From Phyllobates terribilis (Eukaryota), in contig NW_027362772.1 in the NCBI RefSeq assembly GCF_046119375.1, positions 281,542,001-281,606,000 on the forward strand: a stretch of 64,000 nucleotides of DNA, in the 5' to 3' direction. Below are positions 23,680-37,189 of the stretch, piece after piece; within the stretch, counting starts at the first letter, position 1, and each line of letters begins with the position of its first letter. The position numbers and the translations under genes are program-made. The notes under the pieces are model-generated. The model was not told where the DNA came from and did no database searches. It worked only from the letters and a program-made list of their open reading frames with translations.

Positions 23680-24531
23680 GGCTGAGTTCACACGATGCGT
23701 TTTTCATGCGTTTCCGCGGCGTTTTTGCAGTTGCGTAAACGCCGTGGAAACGCATGAAAAACGCATGGTAGAAGGGCAGCAATGTTCCCCAATGGAAATC
23801 CGCATGTGCTGTGCCCATGACGCAGCATGTCAATTAATTTTGCGGAAACGCTGCTCTTTTGCCGCCATTGACTTGCATTAGACCGCATGGAATCCGCATC
23901 ACTGTATATGTTGATGCGCTTTTCATGCGGTCTAATGTGCGGATGGTACCTGGGTGTGGAGGAGAGGACTCTCATCCAGACCCAGGTACCATTAACAAAA
24001 AAAAGAATAAAATAAAAAATACATATATTCTCACCTTCTGACGGCCCGCGCTGCGTCCTGCCGGCTTCCCGGGCACTTCGCGGTTGAATGAAGAAGCACC
24101 TTCGCTGACGTCAGAGTCATGTGACGGGTCACGTGACGCTGACGTCGGAAGGTCCTAAAGTCTTCACTGCCGGCAGCCGGGACCGATGAAGCAGGACACC
24201 GGGGGCCATCAGAGGGTAAAGTATAGATTTATTTTTTATTTTTTGACATTCACACTATATAAATCCATGCCGGTTGCATGGATTTATATAGTGTGAAGTT
24301 GACAAGCACTTTCCAAGTGATGCTAAAATCGCTTGGGAAGCGCTTGTCAACCCGCATGTGGAAATGAAAGTGAAGACCGCTTCATTTCCGCATGTCCCTG
24401 GCAGGAAAAACGCATGTACAATCCGCATGTACAATCCGCATGTACAATCCACATGCGTTTTTTCCTGCCAGAGAGATGCAGAAACGCTCAGGAAAAAATC
24501 CTGAGCATTTCTGCATCGTGTGCACATACCC
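23680..24531. mobile_element. MITE (GGCTGAGTTCACAC...GTGTGCACATACCC) with TA duplication
   Basis: Imperfect TIRs flanked by TA at 23678-23679 and 24532-24533; its removal restores the palindrome. Confidence 0.7.
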
Positions 24532-24676
24532 TAAAGTCCATTTTTTTTCAAAATTTCTTGGAGTGCTGCCTCTTTATATTTTTTCTATTGATATGCAGCA
24601 GTTTGGACAGACTGTTTGGAGGCTTGGCACCGACTAGTGAGTAATATGAAATGGTGCTGTCTTTAATATATATATA

Positions 24677-24730
<54 letters not shown>

Positions 24731-24875
24731 TCCTCCATCCCGGTATATATGTCCCTCATCCTGGTATATATCCCCCATTCTGCCACTATTCTTTAATGTT
24801 TAGAAGAAAATAAACTATTATACTCACCAGGGGTGGACATAGAAGTCATGTGGCTCCATAGAAGAAGTATATTGC

Positions 24876-25385
24876 ACCCCCCATAGTCCTCCATATAATA
24901 TAGTGCACAGCTCATAGTAATTTGTATAGTATAATGCTCTCCCCATAGTCCTCCATACAGTATAATGCCCAGTCCATAGTCATCCATAAAGTACAGTATA
25001 CAGTAATGCTCCCCATAGTCATCCATAATGTATAATATACCCACATAGTCATCATAAAGTATAATGAACCCCATAGTCATTCTATAAAGTATAATGCACC
25101 TTCATAATCAATCATAGTAATATAATGCACCCCCATAGTCATCCATAGTAGTATAATACATCCCAGTCATCCTATAAAGTATAATGCACCCCCATAGTCA
25201 CCCTATAAAGTTTAATGCACCCCCATAGTCATCCATAGTAGTATAATGCAGCCCCATAATCATCCATAATAGTATAAAGCACCCCCATAGTCATCCAAAG
25301 TAGTAAAATGCACCCCATAGTCATCCTATACAGTATAATGCACCCCATAGTCATCCATAGTAGTATAATGCACCCCTATGGTCAT
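24876..25385. repeat. About 31-bp minisatellite (CCCCCATAGTCATCCATAGTAGTATAATGCA)n
   Basis: About 16 degenerate tandem copies inside the hAT-type element. Confidence 0.9.
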
Positions 25386-27172
25386 CAGAGGACGCACATT
25401 TAGTTGAAGCTTTTGCTGATGTCGGTGGACCCCAGCCCTCACCCGCTGGGCCCCTGACCCGCCGGGCCCGGTCGCGGTGGCTACTGCTGCGACTGTGATT
25501 ATTACACCACTGGTGCAGAGTGTTATAGAGACAGACACGGTTTTATAGATTTCCTACAAGATAAAAAATACACTTCACTTTGGCTCATGGTTAGAGTTGA
25601 ATATTTTCTCTTTCTATAGCCTGTTTTATCTGCCCTCACTGAGACTGAAGATACTTTCCCCACTCTCCATGAGGCTCACTTTACATCACTGCTTCTATCT
25701 CTAACTCTGACAGAAGAGATGGAGTGAGCAAGAGAGCGCTCAGCTCTCTCTGCAGCAGCAAAATAGAAGAACATTTTTAATGAAGATGATTTAGAAAGTT
25801 GCTTAAGCTTAGCTTTAGGAAGCAAATAAACAATAAATGAAAAAAATCTGTACAAAGGTGTACATGCAAATAGCCTTTAAACTTATTGTGTCAGGAGACC
25901 CCAATATATGTTAGGTGGTCATGCCGAAATTTGACAGCTATGTATCACTATAATCTTATGGGTATGGGGGCCTTAAGACTGAAATATTTAATTAAGTATT
26001 GGAACAGATTTTTAATGATCAGAACTGATCATTTTCCCTAGTAGGTGATTGTCAGCATATCTGTGGCCATATAAATATGTTTGTGAAGAAAAGAAGGTCA
26101 CAAACACAGGTAAAAACTGCGGCCAAAACTCAGTAAGTTACATACAGTTCATGCAATCAGCAATTTACTGATAAGTTAGCAAGGAAAACAAGATTTGTCA
26201 TGAGGAGCCATATCTGTAATACAATAATGTCTTATCTATGGCTCCCTTATCTTAAAGCAATAGTTCCACATATTTCATTTTAGCTTCGTTAATTAGATGT
26301 AAGATGATAAATGAGAAAAAAAGTTTCCCCTAATATATATATATATATGATATTTATTTTATTTATTTTTATTTCTCCGGAGGTGGCCATATATCACACA
26401 AATACTTTCTTCCTGTTGTCTGTTAGTCAGTGCAGTAGAGTGTGGGCTGAAATGAGCAACCTCGGACAGTCTTAGCGCTTGCAGGTCCCAGAGGAATCCC
26501 AGCTTTCACACTTTATCCACTATACAACTGTGAGGAGCTGGCCACAGACTTTTTCCAGCATGGAGCACTGGTACGTCAATCTTTTTGCTGTGTGTATTAG
26601 AGATTTGCTTGCTCAGCCGGTTAAATGCACTAGTTTCACCTGGAAAGTGTTCAGCTTCAAGAATCAATGTTTCCATTCAATGACAGTAAGCAGAGGAGGA
26701 CTTGCAGGCTGGATCTCATGTATACATGAGGCCTACATTAGCATTTCTGTCCTGCATCTGGTGGGGGCATTTGTGTCTTTGTTCTTCTCTGCAGGGGGCA
26801 ACCCCAATATACCATCCTGTAGACAGACTGGAGACTGGGCTTTTGGAACATTCTTCATTCTTTGAGCTGAAAGCAAATGTTTAATGGAGAGGGTGTGAAC
26901 ATTTCTGCCCATAAAGGGGGCTGATACTAGGATAGGGAAAATAATAAGCCACATGTTTAGTGAGGGAGTTAGTGCAGTGACGCCAAGGGGCGAGGATGTG
27001 TTGGTGAGGTCCTGGTGCCCTTGTATGGGTGGCTTAGGGAGATTGGAGATCGGTTGCCGGCTGGAGCTTGACACACGTGCTACAGTCATGATATCTATTG
27101 TTTGGATGTGAGGATCTATCTTAAGGATTGCTGTTGCCAGTTGGAGCGGAAGATGTTCTACGGTCATGGTAT

Positions 27173-28180
27173 TGACTCGCCCAGGGGGATATGGGGGACT
27201 CGGTACCCGGGCCTTTACCTTCTTGGGATGTCACGGCAGTCGGCTCCCGGGCCCGTACCCTGGGGTCACTCTTTAAAAGGGGTTTGTTACTTGAAGGGAT
27301 GAATAACAGTTTTGTCTCGTGACGCTACCTGTGGCTCCTGGTAATGGGTACCAGCGCTGCTGCAGACCTCTGGGGGTGATGGAATGGCAGCTGGGATGCT
27401 TCTGCCCCGCACAGGTGAAGCGGGCCCCCGGGGCAGGGTTGATGTAAGGGATTCAGGTGAGAGGTGGCCCGGTCGGGTCAGGGGGAATGACGGACATGCA
27501 CACAGGGGATTCGCTTCAGTACCTTTACTGGTGTAATGGCAGGTATGGTCCAGGGTACCTAGTAGGAAGGGTGCACTTCTGGACTCTCCCCAGTGAGCGG
27601 GTAGTAGGCCTCCTGGTCCGTTTTTTCCTCTCTCTAAAGCTCATGGCCAGCCTGGAACTAGGCCTAGCTTCTGTACGGTTTCACTCTCTCACCTGTCTGC
27701 TTGGTAATAGAACTTTTCTCTGGCTACCACTATCCCTGGGCGCTGGGGCCTTCGCGGTTCCTAGTTCTGTAAAATGATGGTAGCTTCAGGTTGACCAGGG
27801 GTCTGGAATCCTCATGGTATGCCGGTTGTCCCTACTGGGTGTAGAGGACCCTGGAGGCGCGGACCCGGTGTCCGGTTTGTGTCCTGGGGTGAGCTTTAAA
27901 TGCTCCTCTGCCCCCTAACCTCCTCTCTCCTTGCCTTGGCCACACTCGGGGCCCTCAGCACAGCAGCTCAACAGGTGCTGCTTCTTCACTGGTCTAAAGT
28001 GCCAGCACACTCTGCCTACCTAACTCCACCCTCCAGTATATATATCCCTAACAGGGCTCCCTCTGGTGGTATGAGGTGGAAGGGTGGAGGTATCTGTTAT
28101 GTAATGAGGGCCACTTGGGAAGAGGTCCGTCCATGCACCCTTTTGGGCTCTGTGGTACCTGTGTGTAGCAGGGTGCCACA
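27173..28180 (-). mobile_element. Solo LTR (1008 bp) of the same Gypsy superfamily
   Basis: TGACTCGCCC...GGGTGCCACA termini; perfect TSD GTAT (27169-27172 and 28181-28184). Confidence 0.9.
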
Positions 28181-28595
28181 GTATGGAACATGGGCTGTGA
28201 CTGCAGACTATACAAAAGCTGTGGGCCAACCAATACTTGGGAGACAGTGGGTATCGCCTGCTAGGGGGAAGTGAACTATTGGCCCCAGGATGGGATCTTG
28301 TAGACTGGGGACATTGCATTGTGACCATCTACCAAGAATTGTTGTATGACAATAGATGTAAGGGATAAAAATAGTTGCATTCTTAACCTGGCTAGGTGAT
28401 TATTACAACCCACAACCTCTGATCTTCACAACACTGTTCTGGACTTACAACGGGGCCCCCCTGGGTTGTGTCCACAGAGTAGCTGCTGGCCAGAGAAGTC
28501 AGATTACCTGGCACAAAACTGGATGGACAGAATCAGGGTCAAAATCAGGAGACAAAACTGTAGTCAGAGGAATAGCTGGGATCAAATAACAGAAG

Positions 28596-29928
28596 TAGGC
28601 CTGGCGCCAGCACCCGACACACCTGGGCAAGTGCTGGGGCCCTGAGCAGGCAGGAGGGGGCCCACTTGCCGTCGGGCACCCCGCCTCGCTTTGGGACCTG
28701 TGTCAGTGCCTGCTCACCCCCGCTTGCTCAGGGCCCAGGCACAATACTTACCCCTCCTCGTGCCTCTGCAGCAGGTCCGGTCTCTTCCACGTTCTCTGAC
28801 TCTGAATTCTCAGGTTAGAGGGCGTGGTGACTTCTTTCCACTGCGCTCTCTCCTGAGCCGTCACAGCGCAGAGCGGGAAGATGTAGGCGATGCTGAGGAG
28901 TCCGGAGCAGAGGCAGCAGGTGAGAAGTGAGGTGAGTATTTGATTTTTTTTTTTTTAATGTATGGAGGCATGGGGCATTATAAGGGGGGAGGTGACATCC
29001 TGCTTGGGGCATTATAAGGGAGGGAAGTGACATCCTGCATGGGGCATTATATGGGGAGGGTTGACATCCAGCATGGGGCATTATAAGGGGGGTGACATCC
29101 TGCATGGGGCATTATAAGGGGGGGTGACATTCTGCATGGGGCATTATATGAAGGGGATGACATCCTGCATGGGGCATTAAAAGGGGGGGAGTGACATCCT
29201 GCATGGGGCATTATAAGGGAGGGGTGACATCCTGCATGAGGCATTATATGGGGGGGATGACATCCTGCATGGGGCATTAAAAGGGGGTAGTGACATCTTA
29301 CATGGGGCATTATAAGGGGGGGTGACATCCTGCATGGGGCATTATAAGGGGGTAGGGACATCCTGCATGGGGCATTATAAGGGGGGAACATCCTGCATGG
29401 GGCAATATAAGGGAGGTGACATCCTGCATGGGGCATTATAAGACGGGGTGACATCCTGCATGGGGCATTATAAAGGGGAACAGGCTGCATGGGGCATTAT
29501 GTGGAGGGAACAGCCTACATGAGGCATTATGTGGGGGGAACAGCCTGCATGGAGCATTATGTGGGGGCACAGCCTGCATGGAGCGTTATATGGGGGCCAG
29601 TATTCTGTATGGAGCGTTATATGGGTGCCAGTATCCTGTATGGAGCGTTATATGGGGGCCAGTATCATGTATGGAGCATTTTATGGGGGCCAGTATCCTG
29701 CATGGAGCATTTTATGGGGGCCAGTATTCAGTGTGGAGCGATTCGCCGGTTTCTGAGCTATTGTAGAATTTACAATAGATATCACTCATGTAAGAAGTGA
29801 AATCTTTGGCATTGTACTATATATATATTTTTTTTCTGGTATCTGTGCATCATGAATCGGGGTATGTGTTAAAGGGGCCCACTGAGACTCTTTTGCCTAG
29901 GGCCCACAAAAACCTAGAGCCGGTCCTG
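28596..29928. mobile_element. hAT-type non-autonomous element with an internal 31-33-bp minisatellite (about 28965-29730)
   Basis: 8-bp TSD AACAGAAG/AACATAAG; right end CTAGAGCCGGTCCTG; tandem GGGGCATTATAAGGGGGGTGACATCCTGCAT. Confidence 0.7.
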
Positions 29929-31239
29929 AACATAAGGACAGTCAAAAGACAAGTCGAGGTCAAAATCTTGGGGAGGAGCAGACAAGACGCAGGAGCAGAG
30001 ATGTATAGCACCACAGACCAAGGAGTAAATCAAGCGATAACTGTCAACTCCCAAAAGACTGCTGGTAGTTTAAATAGGGTGTGATACTACCCTATAGGCC
30101 ACATTGGCCACAGTAAGGAGCTGATTACCTCTGATATGAAACTGGAGATCACACACACTGAAATAGCTCTCCATAAAGTGAACATAAAGCACAGCAATGT
30201 CAAAATGACATTGCTGTGCGCATGTTTCATCTTATGTCACTTCTTTTAACAGTTTCAGAGTTCATGAACTCTGAAATGATTAAAAGAAGTGACATGCTCA
30301 TTCTTAACAGTATAAAGTGAAAGTCGCCTGCAATAATGGAAGAAGGATGACAGAGCCGTTGGTGAAGGCGGCTCAGGAAACCGATCACTGACTGAAAAAT
30401 CCTCGTCCGAAAACTGTATAGAGCTTTTTTTTTGTTGTGTTTTACATGTATTGGCATTTTTTTTGCTTCCATTGATTCCATGGTCAAATTTGTAGTGTTT
30501 TTTTTAAGCAAGAAAGCCTCAAATTCACATGTTACTTCTTTGTTTCCACTTCGAAAAAAAAACCCACCTGGGAAAAAACAGCACCCTGTGCCCTACAGGC
30601 TTATTTTCCTATTAAAATTAATAATAGGCTCATTCAAAGAGAATTTGAAGTGGTATTTAGTGTAGATTTTGGAGCAGAATCCTTTCCAAAAATCCACATG
30701 AAAAAACTTTTGGTGTTACTGTTTCCTTAAAAAGAATATTATATTTAAAATCAAAAGTCTAAATGACATTTTTAGGATTTTGGAGAAAAGTTTGCTGAAC
30801 TTGGAGATAGATTCACGATCTAATTATCACTTTATACAGAAGGTTATTTTTCACATATTTAGACACAAAACTAAAAAAATATATATATAAAAAGCTATTT
30901 TGACATCCAGTCATGAGAAAGAGATTTGGTCAGCATGAAGAAACTGACGGTGGACCTTGACCGGCTTGTGTGACTCATTGATATGTGGCAAACTGGTAAT
31001 GAGGGTCATATAATGTCATAAATATGTTCTCTGTGATATCAGGGTGTTATTCACACTATCACGGTGGAAACAAGGACGTGTCAGCCCGTTATATCATTTG
31101 TATATGGAGGTACAAGTCATTAATTTATTATTGCTTTTAACTCACCTGTCCTGCAGATAACAAGCTCTCGTACAGTTACGAATAAAAAAGAATAAAAAAG
31201 TTAAAAGAAGGGGAGAAAAAAAATTTTTTTGCAAAAATT

Positions 31240-34048
31240 AAACTTCTTAAGAGTCCAACGGGTTGTCTCATGTTCTTATCTAATTTTTTTTGTAACATAG
31301 AAGAAAAAAATGAACATTAAACTTTTTTTCACAAAAATTTAACTTTAGCTACATTTTTTTTATTTTTACTAGGGTAACAGGAGAAAATTGACTCCCAAAT
31401 GTATTGTGCAATCTCTCCGGAGTACGCCAATAACCCATATGGGGGTGAAAACTACTGTTTGGGCGCACGGCAGGGCTCGGAAGGGAAGGCACCATTTAAC
31501 TTTTGAACGCAAAAATAGCTGGAATTGAAAGCGGACGCCATGTTGCGTTTGGAGAGCCTCTGATGTGCCTAAACAGTAGAAATCCCCCACAAGTTACCCC
31601 ATTTTGGAAACTAGACCTTTCAAGGTTCGTATCTAGATGTGTGGTGAGCACTTTGATCCCCCAGGTGCTTCACAGAAATGTAAAACATTGAGCCGTGAAA
31701 ATAAAAAAATCACATTTTTTCCCGCAAAAAAATTATTTTAACTTCACATTTTTTATTTTCACAAGGTTAACAGGGGAAACTGGACCCCAAAGTTTGTTGT
31801 GCAATTTCTCCTGATTGGTCCAATACCCCATATGTGGTCGAAAACTACTTTTGAGGCACAGAGTAAAGCTCAGAAGGGAAGAAGCACCATTGAAGTTCAG
31901 ATTTTGCTGGAATGGTTTGAGGGTGCCATGTCACATTGGCAGAGCCCCTGAGGTGCCGGAACAGCAGAACCCCCATAAGAGACCCCATTTTACAAACTAC
32001 ACCTCTCAATGAATTTATCTAGGGGTGCACTGATCATATTTACACCACGGGTGTGTCACAGAATTTTATACTATTGGGCAGTGACGAAAAAATAATTACA
32101 TTTTTACCACAAAATTTGTTTTAACCCCAGATTTGTCCCACAATTTCTGCTGAATATTGAAATACCCCACATGTGGCTGTACAGTACTGCTCAGCCATAT
32201 AGCGCCACTCAGAAGGGATGGAGCACTATTTGCCTCCTGGTGCGCAGATTTTTCTAGTATAGTTTGCAGACTCCACATACAGAGCCCCTAAGTGCCAGAA
32301 TAGCAGAATCCCCCCTTAGGTGACCCCATTTTGGAAATTATACCCCTGACAAACATGTGGACTCCAATTGCGGTTAGGTACACTATGGAGCTCAGAAGGG
32401 AGGGGGGCATTTGGATTTGGGAGCACAGAATTTGCTGGATTTCTTTTGGGGGGCAAGGGTCATTTTGCTTTTCCAGAGCCTTTGTACTACCAGTAACGTG
32501 GAAACCCCCTATTTTTCCAATAACAGATGAAAGACCTGAGTGGGGACTTTTTTTGTGGATTGATTTGAAGCTTTTATTGGGAACATTTTACATAACGTTT
32601 GGGATCACATTAATCCTGAGCACTGATATTGGGGTTTCCATCGAAATCTCCGAATGACGTGATTCAGATGAAACTCCTGAGGGATCCATTCACTATAATG
32701 AGGCAGCAGAGTTACTCTGGACTCCATCTGGCGTCTGTTCAGCGGTGTCCTTCTTTTCAGAAGTGCACAAAACAGTGTCCGACAGCACTTTTATGCACGC
32801 CTAATAAAAAGACTGACACTGCCGGATCATAGCCCAGACAGCATCCACAGTGCCTCCATCTGCCTCATTAGATGGAATCTTCCACCGGGGGTTTCGTCTG
32901 AATCACATATTTCAGAGATTTACATGGAAACCCCGGTGTAAGCGCTCAGCGCAGAACGCAGGATAAATGTGAGCTGAGCCTTACTGCGATCTTTGGGAGA
33001 CAGAATGAACAAATCAACAGCAGGTGAAGAATTGGTTTTATTTATTTCTTATACTGTTCCTCATGCGGTATAAGTGATTAGACGACTTTATTCTTCGGGT
33101 CGGTGCGATTACAGCGATACCAGATTTATATCGGGTTTTTATGATTGACAGCTGTCACACACTAAAAGACGCTTTTTTTTTGCAAAAACTATTTTTTGCA
33201 TCACTATATTTTGAGAGCTATAATTTTTCCATATTTCAGCCGACAAAGTCATGAAAGGGCTTGTTTTTTGCGGGACGAGTTGACGTTTTTATCGGTACCA
33301 TTTTTGGGCACTTGATATTTTTTAATCGCTTTCTAGTCCGGTTTTTGGGACACAGAATAAACAAAAAACAGCAATTTGGGAATTTTTTTTTTTTTTTATG
33401 CTGTTTCGCATGTGATCAAATTGATAAGGCAGCGTTATTCTTTGGGTCACTACGATTACAGCTATTCCTTTTATAGAAAAAATAATTATTTTTGCATTGC
33501 TATACTCTAAAAGCTATAACTTTTTATTTTTCGGCTGATGGAGCTGTATGGCGGTTTGTTTATTGCAGGACAAGATGATGTTTTCAGCGATACCATTTTT
33601 TTTACATTCATCTTTTTGATCGTGTTTTATTCCACTTTTTTCCAGTAGTTTGATGAAAAAGCTTAGTTTGCCATGATTTTTTTTACGCCGTTCGCTAAAG
33701 GGGTTAACTAGTGTGATGGTTTTATAGATCGGGTCGTTCTGGATGCGGCAATACCAAATATGTGTACTTTTTTTGTTTGTTTTTATTTTTATTTTTACAT
33801 AAACATGTGTATTTTTTTGTGTAATATTTTATTTTTTATTATTATTCTGTACTTTTTTTTATATATATATATTTGTTCAATTTTTTTAAACTTTTTTTTT
33901 AAACTTTTTTACTTAGTCCCTCTATAGGATAGTCACTGACTGCTGTCGGCACTGAACTGTCACTGCGTGTTTATGGGCATAGTAAGTCATGATACAGGAA
34001 CTGACACCCGCTCATGATGTGCTATGTCCATCACTGGTCGTTAAGGAG
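31240..34048. mobile_element. Non-autonomous piggyBac-like element, left end degenerate
   Basis: Right end GGTCGTTAAGGAG|TTAA; internal few-hundred-bp subrepeats (ACCCCATTTTGGAAA...TACACC, ACCCCATATGTGG). No transposase ORF. Confidence 0.45.
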
Positions 34049-34669
34049 TTAAGCAATCCTTTATTTCTTAAAGGGAATTTGTTGGCAGGATCCCCCCCAC
34101 CACAAACTATTTATATGGGCATATAGTTCTTTCAAAGACAAGTCCAGCATTTTCTTTACATGTTCCTCTGTTACTGAATATCAGCGCTTGAATTGAAGCC
34201 TCTGTCACTCCAGCTCTATTTCCCACCCAGCACCACCTCCTCCTCCAACCTCTTCCTCTTAAGACCCAAACAGAATAGCTTTATTATTGATACTTTATTT
34301 TGGAGCCCAAAAACTTCCCAGGAGTTCCACCTGGTGGCAGAAGCATTATATTAAATTTTTTTTAAATGACCACTTTCTTTTCAAAATACATGGCTCAGCT
34401 GATGGCCAGTGCAACAACTAACAAACTGCAAAGTATTTTAATAACGCAAAATGAATGATGTTTTCTGCCCAAAAATTTCTACAAAGTCCCGACCACTAGG
34501 TATCTCCCTTCTACTAAGTTTACAGGTCTTTGTCCTTCTACAGGAAAAGGGGCGGTTTTATGTCTGTATAGGAAATAGTGGCAGCAAGTTGGGGTGGGAT
34601 TTTGTTTCTTTATAAGAAGTGTGGGGGATCTTTGTCATGCTACAGGATGTAGGGACACATGGTTGTCTC

Positions 34670-35940
34670 TCCATAGAAAGTTGGTGGCAGGTCTTTATCT
34701 CTCTACAGGAAGTGGTGGCGGGTCTTTATCTCTCTACAGGAAGTGGTGGTGGGTCTTTATCTCTCTACAGGAAGTGGGGTGGGTCTTTATCTCTCTACAG
34801 GAATTGGGTGAGGGTTTTTATCTCTCTACAGGAATTGGGGGAGGGTCTTCATCTTTCTATAGGAAGTGTAGGTGGGTCTTTATCTCTCAACGGGAAGTGG
34901 GGTGGGTCTTTATCTCTCTACAGGAAGTGGGGTGGGTCTTTATCTCTCTACAGGAAGTGGGGGTCTTTATCTCTCTACAGGAAGTGGGGCGGGTCTTTAT
35001 CTCTACAGGAAGTGGGGGTCTTTATCTCTCTACAGGAAGTGGGGCGGGTCTTTATCTCTTTACAGGAAGTGGGGCGGGTCTTTATCTCTCTACAGGAAGT
35101 GGGGTGAGTCTTTATCTCTCTACAGGAAGCGGGGCAGGTCTTTATCTCTCTATAGGAAGTGGGGCGGGTCTTTATCTCTCTACAGGAAGTGGGGCAGGTC
35201 TTTTCTCTCTACAGGAAGAGGGGCAGGTCTTTATCTCTCTACAGGAAGTGGGGCAGGTCTTTATCTCTCTACAGGAAGTGGGGCAGGTCTTTATCTCTCT
35301 ATAGGAAGTGGGGCGGGTCTTTAGCTCTCTACAGGAATTGGGGGAGGGTTTTTATCTCTCTACAGGAATTGGGGGAGGGTCTTCATCTTTCTACAGGAAG
35401 TGTAGGTGGGTCTTTATCTCTCAACGGGAAGTGGGGTGGGTCTTTATCTCTCTACAGGAAGTGGGGTGGGTCTTTATCTCTCTACAGGAAGTGGGGGGTC
35501 CTTATCTCTCTACAGGAAGCGGGGCAGGTCTTTATCTCTTTACAGGAAGTGGGGTGGGTCTTTATCTCTCTACAGGAAGTGGGGAGGGTCTTTGTCTCTA
35601 CAGGAAGTGGGGTGGATCTTTGTCTCTACAGGAAGTAGGGGTGGGTCTTTATCTCTCTACAGGAAATGGGGTGGATCTGCAGGACATGGTAGCAGGTCTC
35701 TATCTCTCTACAGGAAGTGGGGGTCTTTGTTTCACTAGTGAAAATGGGGGTGGGTTTTTATCTCTCTACAGGAAGTGGAACAGGCTTTTATCTCTCTACA
35801 GGAAGTGGGGGTCTTTGTCTCGCTAGAGGAAATGTGGGCGGGTTTTTATCTCTCTACAGGAAGTGGGGGCAGGTCTTTGTCTCTCTACAGGAAGATAGGG
35901 GCGGGTCTTTATTTCTCTACAGGAAGTGGGGGCTGGCCTT
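34670..35940. repeat. 30-bp minisatellite (GGTCTTTATCTCTCTACAGGAAGTGGGGCG)n, about 40 copies
   Basis: Visible tandem array with a higher-order duplication (about 34795-34960 vs 35335-35500). Confidence 0.95.
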
Positions 35941-36829
35941 TGTCTCTATACAGAAAGTAAAGGTTTTGTTACAAGGGCTCAGAAGATTTAGTTCCCTCCT
36001 TTTCGCACTATGATGGAGAGTTTTGTCTGAGAGCATATGGTAGAGAATTGATGTAATGGATGCCATGGAAGTCGCTTTTTGCACATTGACATCTAAAGTT
36101 GTTGTCCAGCTCAAAAAAATATGGCTAAATATTTTTAGAGTGTACCTACACTTTTGTTTATTTTTTGTTGTAGGTTGGGGTCTGGCACCTGAGACCGCCA
36201 CGGTTTGGTCCAAAGACTTTTTAGAGGAGACACCGACTTTCTATTGAAGCCATACTTCACTCTGTGCGTGCTTAGACAGCAGGTGTGCGCTCTTACCTCA
36301 CGATCTGCGTACTTATAAGAGATATTTTGAGTGATTGTAGGGGTGACAGTACCCATCCCCCACCCTAATGCACACAGAGGTCAAAAAACATATAAAAACT
36401 TGAACAAAAGTTTACTTTTTTAATTAAAAACTTATATATCTTATTTATATAATTCAATTATCTAAAGTGCACGGTGCCTGTCCTGGCAGCTCCGCTTCAC
36501 TCTTGTGCTGGACCCTGAAGAGACAACGCATGCATAGGCAGCAGAAAAGGGGGCTGGGCTTGCTATTGAAACTAGCTTATCAGCCGGCACCCATCACACA
36601 GCACTGGTAACAATAATCTCTCCTGTGTCAAGCACAAGCTGGAAGAGGAGCTGCGGGGACCCAGAACCAGTGCGGATATCTTCAGATCAATGCCCTTTTG
36701 ATAATTAAAGTATATTAGTAAACTAGATATCTTGCTATTTTAAACACATCTACATATAATTTTTTTTTTAACTAGATGACCCCTTTAAGCTAAATAAATG
36801 AATGCCATACAAGTTGCCGTCAGTGTGAC

Positions 36830-36835
36830 TTTATT
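36830..36835 (-). terminator. Polyadenylation signal of APOC3
   Basis: TTTATT on + (AATAAA on -), about 255 nt past the stop codon. Confidence 0.6.
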
Positions 36836-37089
36836 TATAAAAGACATTCTTTAAAAAAAAATCCAAAAAACTAAATGCAGAGCACTTCGGAGAAACAGCG
36901 GCATGGTAGCCAATGCGGTTTATGGGCGAACAATCCTGCACCAGGACTTATTAAGAAAGAAAACGTTTTCCATGTTACGCCATTTGTAATCGCCAGACTG
37001 GTACTTTCCCTGTTCTCTGAGATACGCTGCAGATGTAGAGGTGATTGCCTTGAAACCCTCGGCTTGTTGAAATTGCTCGTTGGGTCACA

Positions 37090-37189
37090 TTAGAAGGATT
37101 TGGTCAGCTGTTCCCATCGCTCGATTGCTGTGTTGAAAATTGAGGAGTACACGGAGCTGACGTACTCGGATCCAGAATCATAAATGCCA
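37090..37189 (-). CDS. apoc3: APOC3 exon 4 (GIYDSGSEYVSSVYSSIFNTAIERWEQLTKSF*)
   Basis: Acceptor TTCCTTTAG|T completes the AT|T codon. Ungapped alignment to human [25 protein letters not shown] keeps G41, G46, S55, E63 and W65. Confidence 0.85.

Larger units (their letters stand above)
23526..24588. repeat. About 210-bp Penelope-type palindrome (centre 23630/23631) interrupted by a MITE
   Basis: 23526-23630 is the near-exact reverse complement of 23631-23679 joined to 24534-24588. Confidence 0.85.
21778..25512. mobile_element. hAT-type non-autonomous element hosting several nested insertions
   Basis: TIRs CAGTGGAGTAA / TTACACCACTG (10 of 11); 8-bp TSD GTGCCGAG / GTGCAGAG (7 of 8). Confidence 0.75.

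Noticed and set aside
28815-29766. His/Cys/Pro-rich repetitive ORFs
   Set aside because: Translation of a 31-33-bp minisatellite inside a non-autonomous hAT-type element.
34594-36013. Repetitive ORFs (SLSLYRKWGG, GLYLSTGSG), and CRISPR-like appearance of this and the other arrays
   Set aside because: 30-bp minisatellite with contiguous units and no unique spacers; eukaryotic context with no cas genes.
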